This document shows positions 25,685-33,968 of a stretch of DNA of 63,421 nucleotides, one piece after another. This stretch comes from a virus: positions 1 through 63,421 of the IMG/VR virus record IMGVR_UViG_3300043672_000009; one strand, given 5' to 3'. The notes beneath the pieces were generated by a model. The model did not search any database. It worked only from the letters and a program-made list of their open reading frames with translations, and had not been told where the DNA came from. The stretch's first letter is position 1, and every line of letters begins with the position of its first letter. The translations under genes and the position numbers were made by a program.

Positions 25685-25718
25685 CCCGCCAGCATCACAC
25701 ATCTGGCGTGCTGGCGGG
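25685..25718 (-). promoter_or_regulatory. 10-bp GC stem-loop with an alternative pairing partner, immediately upstream of the lysis cassette
   Basis: CCCGCCAGCA-N14-TGCTGGCGGG. The loop holds a second CTGGCG that could pair with the same left arm. Confidence 0.35.
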
Positions 25719-25739
25719 TAGTGTAGCGCGCGCCGCGGG

Positions 25740-26132
25740 TCAGGCCGGAGCAGGCTCCGGGTCACCGATGCCGAGCCCGGGGATCGGTTCGCAGCCCTGG
25801 GCCGCGCGCGCGTTGTCGCTCGGCGGCTGGGCCGGAACCGGTGCTGATTCCGCTGCACCTTGCGCCTTGGCTTGGCCAACCTGGTACGGCATCCAGCCAG
25901 CTTGCCCGGCCCCGGCATCGTCGTAGGTGTCGCGCAAGGTGATCTGCGTCTTGCCCGGGCACCGGCCCGCGGACTCGTTCACCACGTCCAGGTTCACGGT
26001 GCCGTCGTCGTGCACGTAGGTGATGGTGGCGTCGAACGGCTGCCGGCTGTCGTAGTAGTTCGTGTCACGCTCTCGCTGGTGCGGGTGATACCAGACCTTG
26101 CGGCCGACGGTGGGAGTGATTGCCATGTTCAT
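25740..26132 (-). CDS. Hypothetical protein (130 aa)
   Basis: ORF track. Confidence 0.6.
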   Translation of the reverse strand: MNMAITPTVGRKVWYHPHQRERDTNYYDSRQPFDATITYVHDDGTVNLDVVNESAGRCPGKTQITLRDTYDDAGAGQAGWMPYQVGQAKAQGAAESAPVPAQPPSDNARAAQGCEPIPGLGIGDPEPAPA

Positions 26133-26173
26133 CCTTCGATGGTTGTGCCGCGACTATGGGCGCGCGGCAAGCC

Positions 26174-26623
26174 CTATACCAAGCTGGCCTGTGGTGCCGT
26201 GCGTTCGATCTTCGTCACCCGCACCACAAGCCGCTCTCCGTGTTCATCAGGTTCCATCAGGTAGCCGAAGATCCGACGCACCCACTTGTCATCCACGATG
26301 ACCACGCCCTTGATGGCGTCGAGCATCACCTTCATGGCGTTGTCCAGGTCGATGCATTGCACGGTGTCGTCCCAGTCGGTCCCGAAGTCGCGCATGCGCT
26401 TCTTCCAGTCCAGTGGGCGGTGCGGTTAAAGCATGTACTCGACCTTCACGCGACCCTCAATGGGTGCCGTGATGCCGGCCGCTTTGGCGATGGCCTGGAC
26501 AGTCTTCTTGTACTCCTTTGCCTCCTTCGTCGGCACGATGGTGATGTGGCCGCCGATTGGTACGGGGCGCCAGTATTTGTTACTCGACAGGACCGGCAGT
26601 TGCAGCACGACGGGATCGCTCAT
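26174..26623 (-). pseudogene. rusA: RusA-type Holliday junction resolvase interrupted by one in-frame TAA (26426-26428)
   Basis: ORFs 26426-26623 and 26174-26395 are in the same frame. Joined reading: ...RVKVEYML*PHRPLDWKKRMRDFGTDWDDTVQCIDLDNAMKVMLDAIKGVVIVDDKWV (RusA D-x-DN ... DD signature). Confidence 0.75.
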
Positions 26624-28062
26624 AGGTCATCGTCGGCGTAGTTGTAGCCGGCGCTCGTGGGTTTGCTGGTGGACACCTTGGACTTTGGTGAAACGTCCAC
26701 CTGGCTCGGCTCCCACCGTTGCGTCTTGGGGTGGAATTCCATCGCGAAACGCACCTGATTCTCACCGTCTCTGTTCTTCGCGACACAGCACCCGACAACC
26801 CGGTATCCCGGGCACCTGAAGTGGTTCCACAAAAAGATGATGATGTCGCTGCTTTGCTCCAACGAACCACTGTCTCGCAGATCACGCATTGTGGGCTCTG
26901 GTGACGATCTGTTCTCCACCTCGCGGTTGAGCTGCGACAGCACCAGGAACGCAACACCCATGCGTTTCGCGATGGTCTTGAGGCCCTGTATGATTTTTCC
27001 GATCTCTCGGTCTCGCGTCTCGCCCTTGATGCCATCCCCGGCGCACTCCTGGATGAAGTCCAGTATGAGCAGCTTTGGTCCCTCACGCCGCTTGGATCCG
27101 ACTTTGCCTTGTATGGCGGCCAGCGTGAGGGCCGGCTCATCGTCGATGAATATCGGTAGTTGCCGCACACGTTCTGCCGACTCGCTCATGATCGACCATT
27201 CCAGGTCGTTGAGCTGGCCCGTCTTCAGCTTCGTGAGTTCGATACCGCTGTCTGCCGCCACGAGCCGGAGCATGCACTGCATCTTCGGCATTTCCTGCGA
27301 CAGAATTACCACCGGGCGGCCCGCGCGCGCAAAGGCCGTTGCGATCGCGTTCGCCTTGGACGATTTCCCGACTGATGGACGGGCCGCCAGCGCAATGACC
27401 TCGCCTGGCCTGAATCCACCATCCAGCACGCGATCAAGTTCCGGCACACCGGTAGACCATGCTGGAACCTGCGTGCCGTCGGCAAGCTCGTTCATGCGAT
27501 CCAACAGCGGCACCATCAGATCGCCGACGTGCTCAGGAACACCGCGAACACTGTGCTCCTGCAGGTTGGCGAACATCGCGGCCACGCGGTCCAGCTTCTC
27601 GGCCACGTCGCCCTCGTCGTCGAACCCTACGCTGCAAGCCTCGTCGCCCGCCGCAACAATCTGCCTCCGAATGGACCTCTCGCGCACCACCTCCGCGTAG
27701 CGCCTGATGTTTGCGGCGTTGGGGACGGCCTGGGCGAGTGAATTGACGTACGGCAGCCCGCCAGCGTCATCAGCCTTATTCGTGGCCGTGAGGGCCTCGA
27801 ATACCGTGTATGAATCGATGGGTTTGTTGGCCGCCGACAGCGCGCAGATGGCGTCGAAAATCAGCTTGTGCTCATACCGGTAGAAGTCTCGATCGTTCAG
27901 CAGATCGGCAACGCGGTCCAACGAGTCCGGGAGCAGCAGCAGGGCGCCTAGAACGTTTTGCTCGGCTTCCAGCGAGTGGGGCGGAACGCGCAGCCGTGAA
28001 ACTTCGTTGTCGCGCGGATCCGATGCGCCACCCGACAGGGTGGGCGAACTCTTCCGGCTCAT
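26620..28062 (-). CDS. dnaB: Replicative DNA helicase DnaB (480 aa)
   Basis: PPHSLEAEQNVLGALLL N-terminal motif. Walker A is ARPSVGKSS. DFIQ and other RecA-fold motifs are present. Confidence 0.92.
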   Translation of the reverse strand: MSRKSSPTLSGGASDPRDNEVSRLRVPPHSLEAEQNVLGALLLLPDSLDRVADLLNDRDFYRYEHKLIFDAICALSAANKPIDSYTVFEALTATNKADDAGGLPYVNSLAQAVPNAANIRRYAEVVRERSIRRQIVAAGDEACSVGFDDEGDVAEKLDRVAAMFANLQEHSVRGVPEHVGDLMVPLLDRMNELADGTQVPAWSTGVPELDRVLDGGFRPGEVIALAARPSVGKSSKANAIATAFARAGRPVVILSQEMPKMQCMLRLVAADSGIELTKLKTGQLNDLEWSIMSESAERVRQLPIFIDDEPALTLAAIQGKVGSKRREGPKLLILDFIQECAGDGIKGETRDREIGKIIQGLKTIAKRMGVAFLVLSQLNREVENRSSPEPTMRDLRDSGSLEQSSDIIIFLWNHFRCPGYRVVGCCVAKNRDGENQVRFAMEFHPKTQRWEPSQVDVSPKSKVSTSKPTSAGYNYADDDL

Positions 28063-28625
28063 GGTTGCGCGGCCTCGTGGTTAGATCCATTCATGCGGGG
28101 CTGCCTGGGTGTCTCGACAATGCGCTTGCGCGTGTCAGCGCGGATAACGAACTCGTACCCGGCCACCCAGCTCTCAAACCCCTTGCCGCGCTCCTTCCGA
28201 GCCATGATGTGATCGTCCTCAAAAACGCGCTGGAAGTAGCGGCGCGTCCACTTCAGCGCTTGCGGTTTGTCCGTGGCGCGCACGCTCTTCGTGTCGTCGG
28301 CGCCAATCTTGACGGCCGTGAACAGCCATACCCAAAACTGCCTCGTTGCGGCTTTGCGCTGCACGTCCATCGTCTTCACGCGTGGCAAGCGCGCATCTTT
28401 CTCCGGGTTGCAAAGCTCATCGTGGTAGATGGCGATGATGTCGTCGTACGGGCATAGCGGGATGCTTGGTGCGGTAGTTGGTCTCGGTGCCGGCGGCTTG
28501 CCAAGCGCATCGCTGCGGCCCTGGTTGTAGATGGCCGCCACGATGTCGCGTAGTGCACATCCTTGGTCGGTCAGTTCGTGGAACATCTTAATGGCTGCTT
28601 CCGCTTCCTTGTCGTCGGGTGACAT
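28059..28625 (-). CDS. Replication-associated protein (possible initiator/helicase loader, 188 aa)
   Basis: Positioned directly upstream of, and overlapping, dnaB. No motif assigned with confidence. Confidence 0.5.
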   Translation of the reverse strand: MSPDDKEAEAAIKMFHELTDQGCALRDIVAAIYNQGRSDALGKPPAPRPTTAPSIPLCPYDDIIAIYHDELCNPEKDARLPRVKTMDVQRKAATRQFWVWLFTAVKIGADDTKSVRATDKPQALKWTRRYFQRVFEDDHIMARKERGKGFESWVAGYEFVIRADTRKRIVETPRQPRMNGSNHEAAQP

Positions 28626-28632
28626 GGGCGGA

Positions 28633-29466
28633 TCATGCTTCGAGTGCCGACTTCACTTCCCCGAGTGTCAGGGCCTCCAGAAGCGTTCCTCCCGCCTCGC
28701 CCAGAACCCACTGCAACACGGCGCGCGCCACGCCAGTCGATAGGTCTCGCTCGGCCACGATTTGCGCACGCGTCCGCATCCTGGGCGCGCTGTTGCCACC
28801 GACTATGGCGCGTTGTTGGCGGGCCTTGGCGTGGCCCTTGAGCGACTCACCGGCCACCTCCAATTCCTTGACCTTGGCGCGTTGCTCGGCTGGGCTCAAC
28901 TTCGACAGTGCCCGCGCGTGCCCGACGCCGATCTTGCCGGCCTCTACCGCGTTCTTCACGGCGCTGCAGCACTCCAGCAGGGCCAGCGTCGATGTGACGG
29001 TCTGGGCCGTGCACCCGAAGATCACGGCCAGGTCTTCAGGTGTCTTGCCGTACGTGACCAAGCTGGCCATCTTGCCGGCCCGCCCCAGCGGGCTGTCTGG
29101 GGTACGCAGTTCGTTCGCTGACACCATCGCCCCAGCGTTGTCCTGCGTGCGCTTCACGGGTCGAACAACGGCCGGGATCAAGATTTTTACATCGAGCCGC
29201 GCATTGGCCTCAGCCGTGTTCTTCACGCGCTGGCGCCCGTCCACCACTTCAATGTCTCCGGTCTCCGGATTCTTGGAAACGATCACGGGCTCGATCACGC
29301 CCATCTCCATGATGTTCCTCACCATTGCCTCGCTGACTGGCAGGTGCACCCGCACGTCGTAGAGCGGGTGCGTCTCGTCGGTCACCAGAGTCAGGTCTTC
29401 CGGGAGGTACATCAGCAGGTTCGTGCTTCCGCGTGCGCGGTTGGCTTTCTTCGAGCTTTGGCCCAT
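28633..29466 (-). CDS. parB: ParB/Spo0J-like nuclease-domain DNA-binding protein (277 aa)
   Basis: ParB N-terminal box GVIEPVIVSKNPETGDIEVVDGRQRV. HTH-like middle region. GGAG RBS. Confidence 0.85.
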   Translation of the reverse strand: MGQSSKKANRARGSTNLLMYLPEDLTLVTDETHPLYDVRVHLPVSEAMVRNIMEMGVIEPVIVSKNPETGDIEVVDGRQRVKNTAEANARLDVKILIPAVVRPVKRTQDNAGAMVSANELRTPDSPLGRAGKMASLVTYGKTPEDLAVIFGCTAQTVTSTLALLECCSAVKNAVEAGKIGVGHARALSKLSPAEQRAKVKELEVAGESLKGHAKARQQRAIVGGNSAPRMRTRAQIVAERDLSTGVARAVLQWVLGEAGGTLLEALTLGEVKSALEA

Positions 29467-29507
29467 TCGAATCTCCGTGGTGGTGGATGCGCAAGCGCAA
29501 AGTTAGG

Positions 29508-30803
29508 TCAGGACTCTGCCGCCGGTGCGTATTCCTGCCACCGCGGATAGATCAATGACCCGTCCGAGTTTCTCCAGGTGCTCGCCACAGCGGCATGTGC
29601 GTTTCTTGAAGCATCACCACCGTAGGCGCCTGGCTCAACGCGCAGCATGTACCGCTTCACCGTCCCATCCGGCTCCGGCGTGCTGTTGAGCAAGTCCACG
29701 TAGATGATCGGCTCGTCGTTCGGCACTTCCTTGCGCAACAGTCGGGCCGTGCGCAGACCGACCAGCGCATGGTCAGCGGAAATCTCGTGTACAACCACCG
29801 CGCCGCTGTCAACAACGTACTTGGCGGGACCGTACAGGTCGATCATCACGCGCCTCACCTCGGCATTCTCTTCAGCCTCAATGCGAGCCACAGTCAGGGT
29901 CGATCGGTCGTTGATGATGTCGCCCGGCACAACCACCCCGTGCACCGCGTAGGTACTCCACCCATCGGCGTAGGCGCAGGCCGGCCCGGTTTCGCAGTGC
30001 AGCCGGCCGCGGTCATCCACAAGCAGGACAGTGTGCCTATCCGTGGTGATGCACATCCCATCCATCGGCCACCACCACGCACACTCGCGCGATTGCTCAA
30101 TCCACAGGTCCAGGGTCTGCCGCTGCTTGTCGGTGTACTTGACACCGATCTTGTTGCAGAAATCGTAGAACACCTCCCAAGCGCACCAATGGCCGCCAGC
30201 GAAATAGTCCCAGTTGATCTGGCCACTGAGCTGGTCCCTGAGCTGGTCCCAGAGCTGGTCCCTGAGCTGGTCCCTGAGCTGGTCCCTGAGCTGGCCCCTG
30301 AGCTGGCCCCAGAGCTGGTCCCAGAGCTGGTCCCAGAGCTGGCCCCTGAGCTGGTCCCTGAGCTGGCCCTCGAGCTGGCCCTCGAGCTGGCCCCTGAGCT
30401 GGCCCCAGAGCTGGACCCAGAGCTGGACCCAGAGCTGGTCCCAGAGCTGGTCCCCGAGCTGGTCACTGAGCTGGTCCCTGAGCTGGTCACTGAGCTGGTC
30501 CCAGAGCTGGTCCCTGAGCTGGCCCCTGAGCTGGTCCCTGAGCTGGCCCCTGAGCTGGCCCCCGTTGGGACCTTTTTTCGCCACCATCCGCATCACCGCG
30601 ATGGCAAGCATGCCAACTGCCGGCGACGTGAAGTGCATGAATTCTGGCGCGTCTTTCCCGATCGCGGCGTACATCGCCTGGATCGCTGCGCGCGCCTTTG
30701 TCTGGTTGATCGGCCGCGTGCTGCGGCCGATGGCCAGCCACTCGTTGTAGGTGGCGCGCATTTGCGCCTCCTGCTCTTGGGTCAGTTTCTCGATCTTGCT
30801 CAT
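29508..30803 (-). CDS. Tetrapeptide-repeat protein (431 aa). It has an 85-aa N-terminal domain, about 29 QLxD-type repeats, and a C-terminal domain recalled as DUF6745-like.
   Basis: Start MSKIEKLTQEQ at 30803. C-terminal pattern DRGRLHCETGPACAYADGWSTYAVHGVVVP ... AEVRRVMIDLYG ... RYMLRVEPG. Confidence 0.75.
   Translation of the reverse strand: MSKIEKLTQEQEAQMRATYNEWLAIGRSTRPINQTKARAAIQAMYAAIGKDAPEFMHFTSPAVGMLAIAVMRMVAKKGPNGGQLRGQLRDQLRGQLRDQLWDQLSDQLRDQLSDQLGDQLWDQLWVQLWVQLWGQLRGQLEGQLEGQLRDQLRGQLWDQLWDQLWGQLRGQLRDQLRDQLRDQLWDQLRDQLSGQINWDYFAGGHWCAWEVFYDFCNKIGVKYTDKQRQTLDLWIEQSRECAWWWPMDGMCITTDRHTVLLVDDRGRLHCETGPACAYADGWSTYAVHGVVVPGDIINDRSTLTVARIEAEENAEVRRVMIDLYGPAKYVVDSGAVVVHEISADHALVGLRTARLLRKEVPNDEPIIYVDLLNSTPEPDGTVKRYMLRVEPGAYGGDASRNAHAAVASTWRNSDGSLIYPRWQEYAPAAES
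30216..30563. repeat. 12-bp tandem array, 29 units (plus-strand unit GAGCTGGTCCCT and variants)
   Basis: Counted unit by unit. Variation is confined to a few unit positions (encoding R/W/S/G/E then D/G/V). The QL codons are invariant. Confidence 0.95.
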
Positions 30804-30831
30804 TGGGTGTCTCGCGGTTGTCTCGTGTTGT

Positions 30832-31218
30832 TCAGTCTTGGACCCGGCGCAGTTCGGACGGCGTGTACTCCACCTGGGTCGGCAGTTTGTAGATGCCGGG
30901 CGGCAGCGTGTGCTGGGTATGTTCTTCATGGCGCAACGTCACCGTTTCCACCACCTCCAGGTAGCGGTCCCCGGCCGCGTCACGCCACAGCCGGGCCTTG
31001 GTCTGCGCGCGGGCGATGGCGGCGTCAGCGACCTCGCCCGCCTTCTCCAGGCCCTGGGCCACGTGGTCGTAGATAGCATGGCAGTGACCGGTCACCTCGC
31101 CGTAGGCCAGCACGATGCGGTTGCCATCGGCGGGAATCTCGGTGCAGCCATTCGGCAGGATGGCCACCGGCTGCAGTTGCACATCGCCCTGGCGGACTTG
31201 TTGCTGTTTCGCGTTCAT
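30832..31218 (-). CDS. Small beta-barrel-like phage protein (128 aa)
   Basis: N-terminal RQGDVQLQPV...GEVTGHCH pattern, common in phage hypothetical proteins. Confidence 0.6.
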   Translation of the reverse strand: MNAKQQQVRQGDVQLQPVAILPNGCTEIPADGNRIVLAYGEVTGHCHAIYDHVAQGLEKAGEVADAAIARAQTKARLWRDAAGDRYLEVVETVTLRHEEHTQHTLPPGIYKLPTQVEYTPSELRRVQD

Positions 31219-31295
31219 TTCACTTCCTTTTCAGCCGCAGAAGACGCCCTGCGGGTTGGCGTTCAGATTGATAGGACGTGCGCCAGCTTGGCGTC

Positions 31296-32960
31296 TCAGT
31301 CCCAACGGTCCAGCACGTAGCTCAGGATGCTGCCAGCGGACCACACGCGCGCCGTGGCATTCCAAGATGCACTCGACTTGCTGAGCATCAAACCGGCCGC
31401 GTGCGGTTCCTTCAAACCTTCGATGCTGGCGCCTTTGGAGTACGCCTCAATCACCGAGCGGATGCCGTGGAACTCGGCCTTCATGATTTCCGGGAACAGA
31501 GCCGCCCCTGCCATTCGCGTTTCGCGCGCTCCGGACAGGACGAATATCACGCCGGCGCCGTGGTGTTCGTTGCAACCACCCCACATCGACGGCTCCAGCG
31601 TGATCGCATCCACGCCCACAAACTCCCCGCCATCTAGGCCGAACTGGCGCGCGCTTGATCCGTGAACCCAGACGTACGACGAAACTGGGTTGCGCGCGTC
31701 TTCGTGATCACATTGAAGGATCGGTGGGGCGTCAGCGTTCACGGCTGTCACCAGGGCCGTGAAGTTTCCGATATTCGGAACCATCATCTCCATGCGCTCC
31801 GCATTCGGCAGCACGATGCACCGGAACTTATTCCACGTCATCGTCTGCGCAGGGATGCGCATGCTGGAAGGCGCCGGCTCTGCGCCCTTCGGCTTCAGGT
31901 GGCCGAACACGCCACCAGCAGGCGCATCGGGCTTGGCAGGCGCTGGGCGCCACAGAGCTTTCACCTCATCCAGTCGCGCGAACCTGCGCGCAAGCGAACC
32001 GGCCGCACCAAGCTGCGCCATCACCTTCTCGGCTGCCGCGATGGCGCCAGCGGTTGGCGCCGCCTGCGGGCGCTGGTACTGAAGCGGGCTCATCTTGGCC
32101 TTGAACGCGCTCGAAACGTTTTCGAAGCACTTGCCGGCCGCGATGTCTTCCAGCAGCGTGCCGATCATGCTGCTGCGCGGATGGCAGAAGCCGGCCGGGG
32201 CCGATGCGACAGCGCGCCACACGACGTTGGCCTTGCCAGTCCCATGCGAGCCAGCCCGGGCCACGTGCAGGCCATGCAGCCACTCGGCTTGGCCGAGCAC
32301 CTTCTCGGCACGATAGAGCGAGTCGCTGCGCAGTAGTTGTAGCGCCGTCTCCAGGTGCGGCAGTTTGAACTCTTCCAGGGCGCGCATGACCGTGTTGAAG
32401 TCTTCGCGCTTCTCGGCCATCACCTGGCTTTCGGTCTGGGTGAAGCCCTTGTGCAGCATATCGGCGAGCGGCACCACAGCCAGGTGGCGCCATGGGCCAG
32501 TCTGCGGGGTGCCCCACACCTTGTCGGACGACACGAACGGCCACATCACACGCGCCCGTCGCACTTCCTTGGCCATGGCCGCTATGGCCGGCTTGTAGGC
32601 TGCCGGCGCATCGTCCTCATGCCAGATAGCGGACGTTGCCATTCCGGCGCCGTCGATGGTGACCAGCGAACCGAAGCGTTCGATGAATTTCCGGCAGGCG
32701 TGGCAGTTGTGGTGCTGACGTTCTGCCGGGTCCGTGAAGCTGCCCAGGTAGGTGCCCCACAGGTCCCGCGCATCGGTCTGGAACAGCGGCACGAATCCGC
32801 CGTCGATGTTCGCCATGAAACGGGCCTGTACGCGAGCCAAGAAGGCTTCGTACTCTGCGTCGTCGTGGTTGCCGTGCGCTACTGCGCTCTCTGAAATCTG
32901 GATGTTCACGCTGATCCTTCGTTGCGAGGCCGAATGCACCCGGTCTCTTGGTGGTTTCAT
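31296..32960 (-). CDS. 554-aa protein of unknown function with a HHNCHACRKFIERFG Cys/His motif
   Basis: ATG 32960 in an ATGA overlap with the upstream stop. The ORF-track N-terminal extension overlaps the upstream gene and is Arg-rich. Confidence 0.7.
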   Translation of the reverse strand: MKPPRDRVHSASQRRISVNIQISESAVAHGNHDDAEYEAFLARVQARFMANIDGGFVPLFQTDARDLWGTYLGSFTDPAERQHHNCHACRKFIERFGSLVTIDGAGMATSAIWHEDDAPAAYKPAIAAMAKEVRRARVMWPFVSSDKVWGTPQTGPWRHLAVVPLADMLHKGFTQTESQVMAEKREDFNTVMRALEEFKLPHLETALQLLRSDSLYRAEKVLGQAEWLHGLHVARAGSHGTGKANVVWRAVASAPAGFCHPRSSMIGTLLEDIAAGKCFENVSSAFKAKMSPLQYQRPQAAPTAGAIAAAEKVMAQLGAAGSLARRFARLDEVKALWRPAPAKPDAPAGGVFGHLKPKGAEPAPSSMRIPAQTMTWNKFRCIVLPNAERMEMMVPNIGNFTALVTAVNADAPPILQCDHEDARNPVSSYVWVHGSSARQFGLDGGEFVGVDAITLEPSMWGGCNEHHGAGVIFVLSGARETRMAGAALFPEIMKAEFHGIRSVIEAYSKGASIEGLKEPHAAGLMLSKSSASWNATARVWSAGSILSYVLDRWD

Positions 32961-33448
32961 GTTCTGTCGGCCTGCATTGGCGCCGGCCGCTTCGTTGCCG
33001 AGCCCGACTTCGCGTTCAGCCTCTGCCGCGTCTTTGCTGGGTGGTTGCCGTGGACCCATGCCAAGCAGTGAGAAACCAGTTCGGCGCATTGCTTGGCGTC
33101 CATGTGCGCGATGTGGGCGCGCTCCTGCGGCAGGTTCATTACCACCCGCATCCACGCGTACGCGGCCTTTCGGTTCATATGGCCGCGCTCCCACAAGGCA
33201 TCGAATGCGGTGTGCGACTTGCTGCGGGCCTTGCGTGTTGCCAGGTCTGCCAGGGTCCCGAGCGGCTCCGTTCCATCGCTGTCGATCTTGACACCGTTCT
33301 CCCACCGGTACGTGCCGGCCTTGTGGGTTCCGACGTACGCGCCGCACGGTAGGCAGGACCACGCCATTCCGTAGCTGCGACCGCGGTAGATGGCCGCGGA
33401 GTCGATGAGCTTTGCGGGCCGATTGCAGTATGGACAGATTGGTTCCAC
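32957..33448 (-). CDS. Zinc-finger protein, DUF3268-like (163 aa)
   Basis: CPYCNRPAKL...WSCLPCGAYVGTH. GTG start with GAGAGG RBS. Confidence 0.7.
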   Translation of the reverse strand: MEPICPYCNRPAKLIDSAAIYRGRSYGMAWSCLPCGAYVGTHKAGTYRWENGVKIDSDGTEPLGTLADLATRKARSKSHTAFDALWERGHMNRKAAYAWMRVVMNLPQERAHIAHMDAKQCAELVSHCLAWVHGNHPAKTRQRLNAKSGSATKRPAPMQADRT

Positions 33449-33518
33449 GCGCGCCTCTCGTCTAAGTAATGCTCTGGAATTGAATCACCATAGACAGACT
33501 AATGCAGGGGTTGACTGA

Positions 33519-33550
33519 TCCCCCTACCGCCCACCCTCTCCCGCTCATCC
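33519..33550 (-). other. G-quadruplex-type motif on the minus strand (GGG-N6-GGG-N3-GGG-N1-GGG-N5-GGGGG)
   Basis: Reverse complement of ccccctaccgcccaccctctcccgctcatccc. Confidence 0.5.
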
Positions 33551-33789
33551 CTGATATCCAAGATTCCATCATCGGACTCTGACGTTTAAGCGGCCGACTA
33601 ACTCCGCTGGTACGTCCCTACCACCCTCATCAGCCTTTGATGAGTCATTCGCTGGTCTGCCTGGGATGGCTCGCCAACAGGCCCCCTGCGGCGCCCTGGT
33701 TCTTGGATGCTGGTATCGATCTCAGCGCGGTCTTTGTCCGGTGCCCCGATGGCAAGGGCATGGCTCGTCACCACTGCCCGACCGGAGGC

Positions 33790-33874
33790 CCAGAAACGCA
33801 AAAGCCCCCTCGACTGCGTTCCAGGTGCTGCAACACCGGCAGGGCGTGTGCCCTGGGAACGCATGCGAGGGGGC
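33790..33874 (-). terminator. Very long imperfect hairpin followed by TTTTGCGTTTCT on the minus strand (intrinsic terminator-like)
   Basis: AGCCCCCTCG...CGAGGGGGCT outer stem (33802-33811 / 33865-33874). Inner stems GCGTT/AACGC, CCAGG/CCTGG and GCACAC/GTGTGC. Confidence 0.6.
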
Positions 33875-33968
33875 TCGAATGCTGAATCCACTGTTGCAGC
33901 AGTAGTGAGTGAAATGTGCCACAACTTCTCTTCCGCGTCAACACCACTCATCACATTTCGTGCGTCCA

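Noticed and set aside
28633-29466. ParB taken as evidence of a full partition system or plasmid prophage
   Set aside because: I found no ParA-type Walker ATPase and no integrase or telomerase. Lone ParB-like nuclease-domain proteins are common in lytic phages, so the lifestyle is left open.
30216-30563. Possible CRISPR array or minisatellite outside genes
   Set aside because: The units are contiguous 12-mers with no spacers. They lie in phase inside a long ORF with good flanking domains, so this is a coding tandem repeat and not a CRISPR array.
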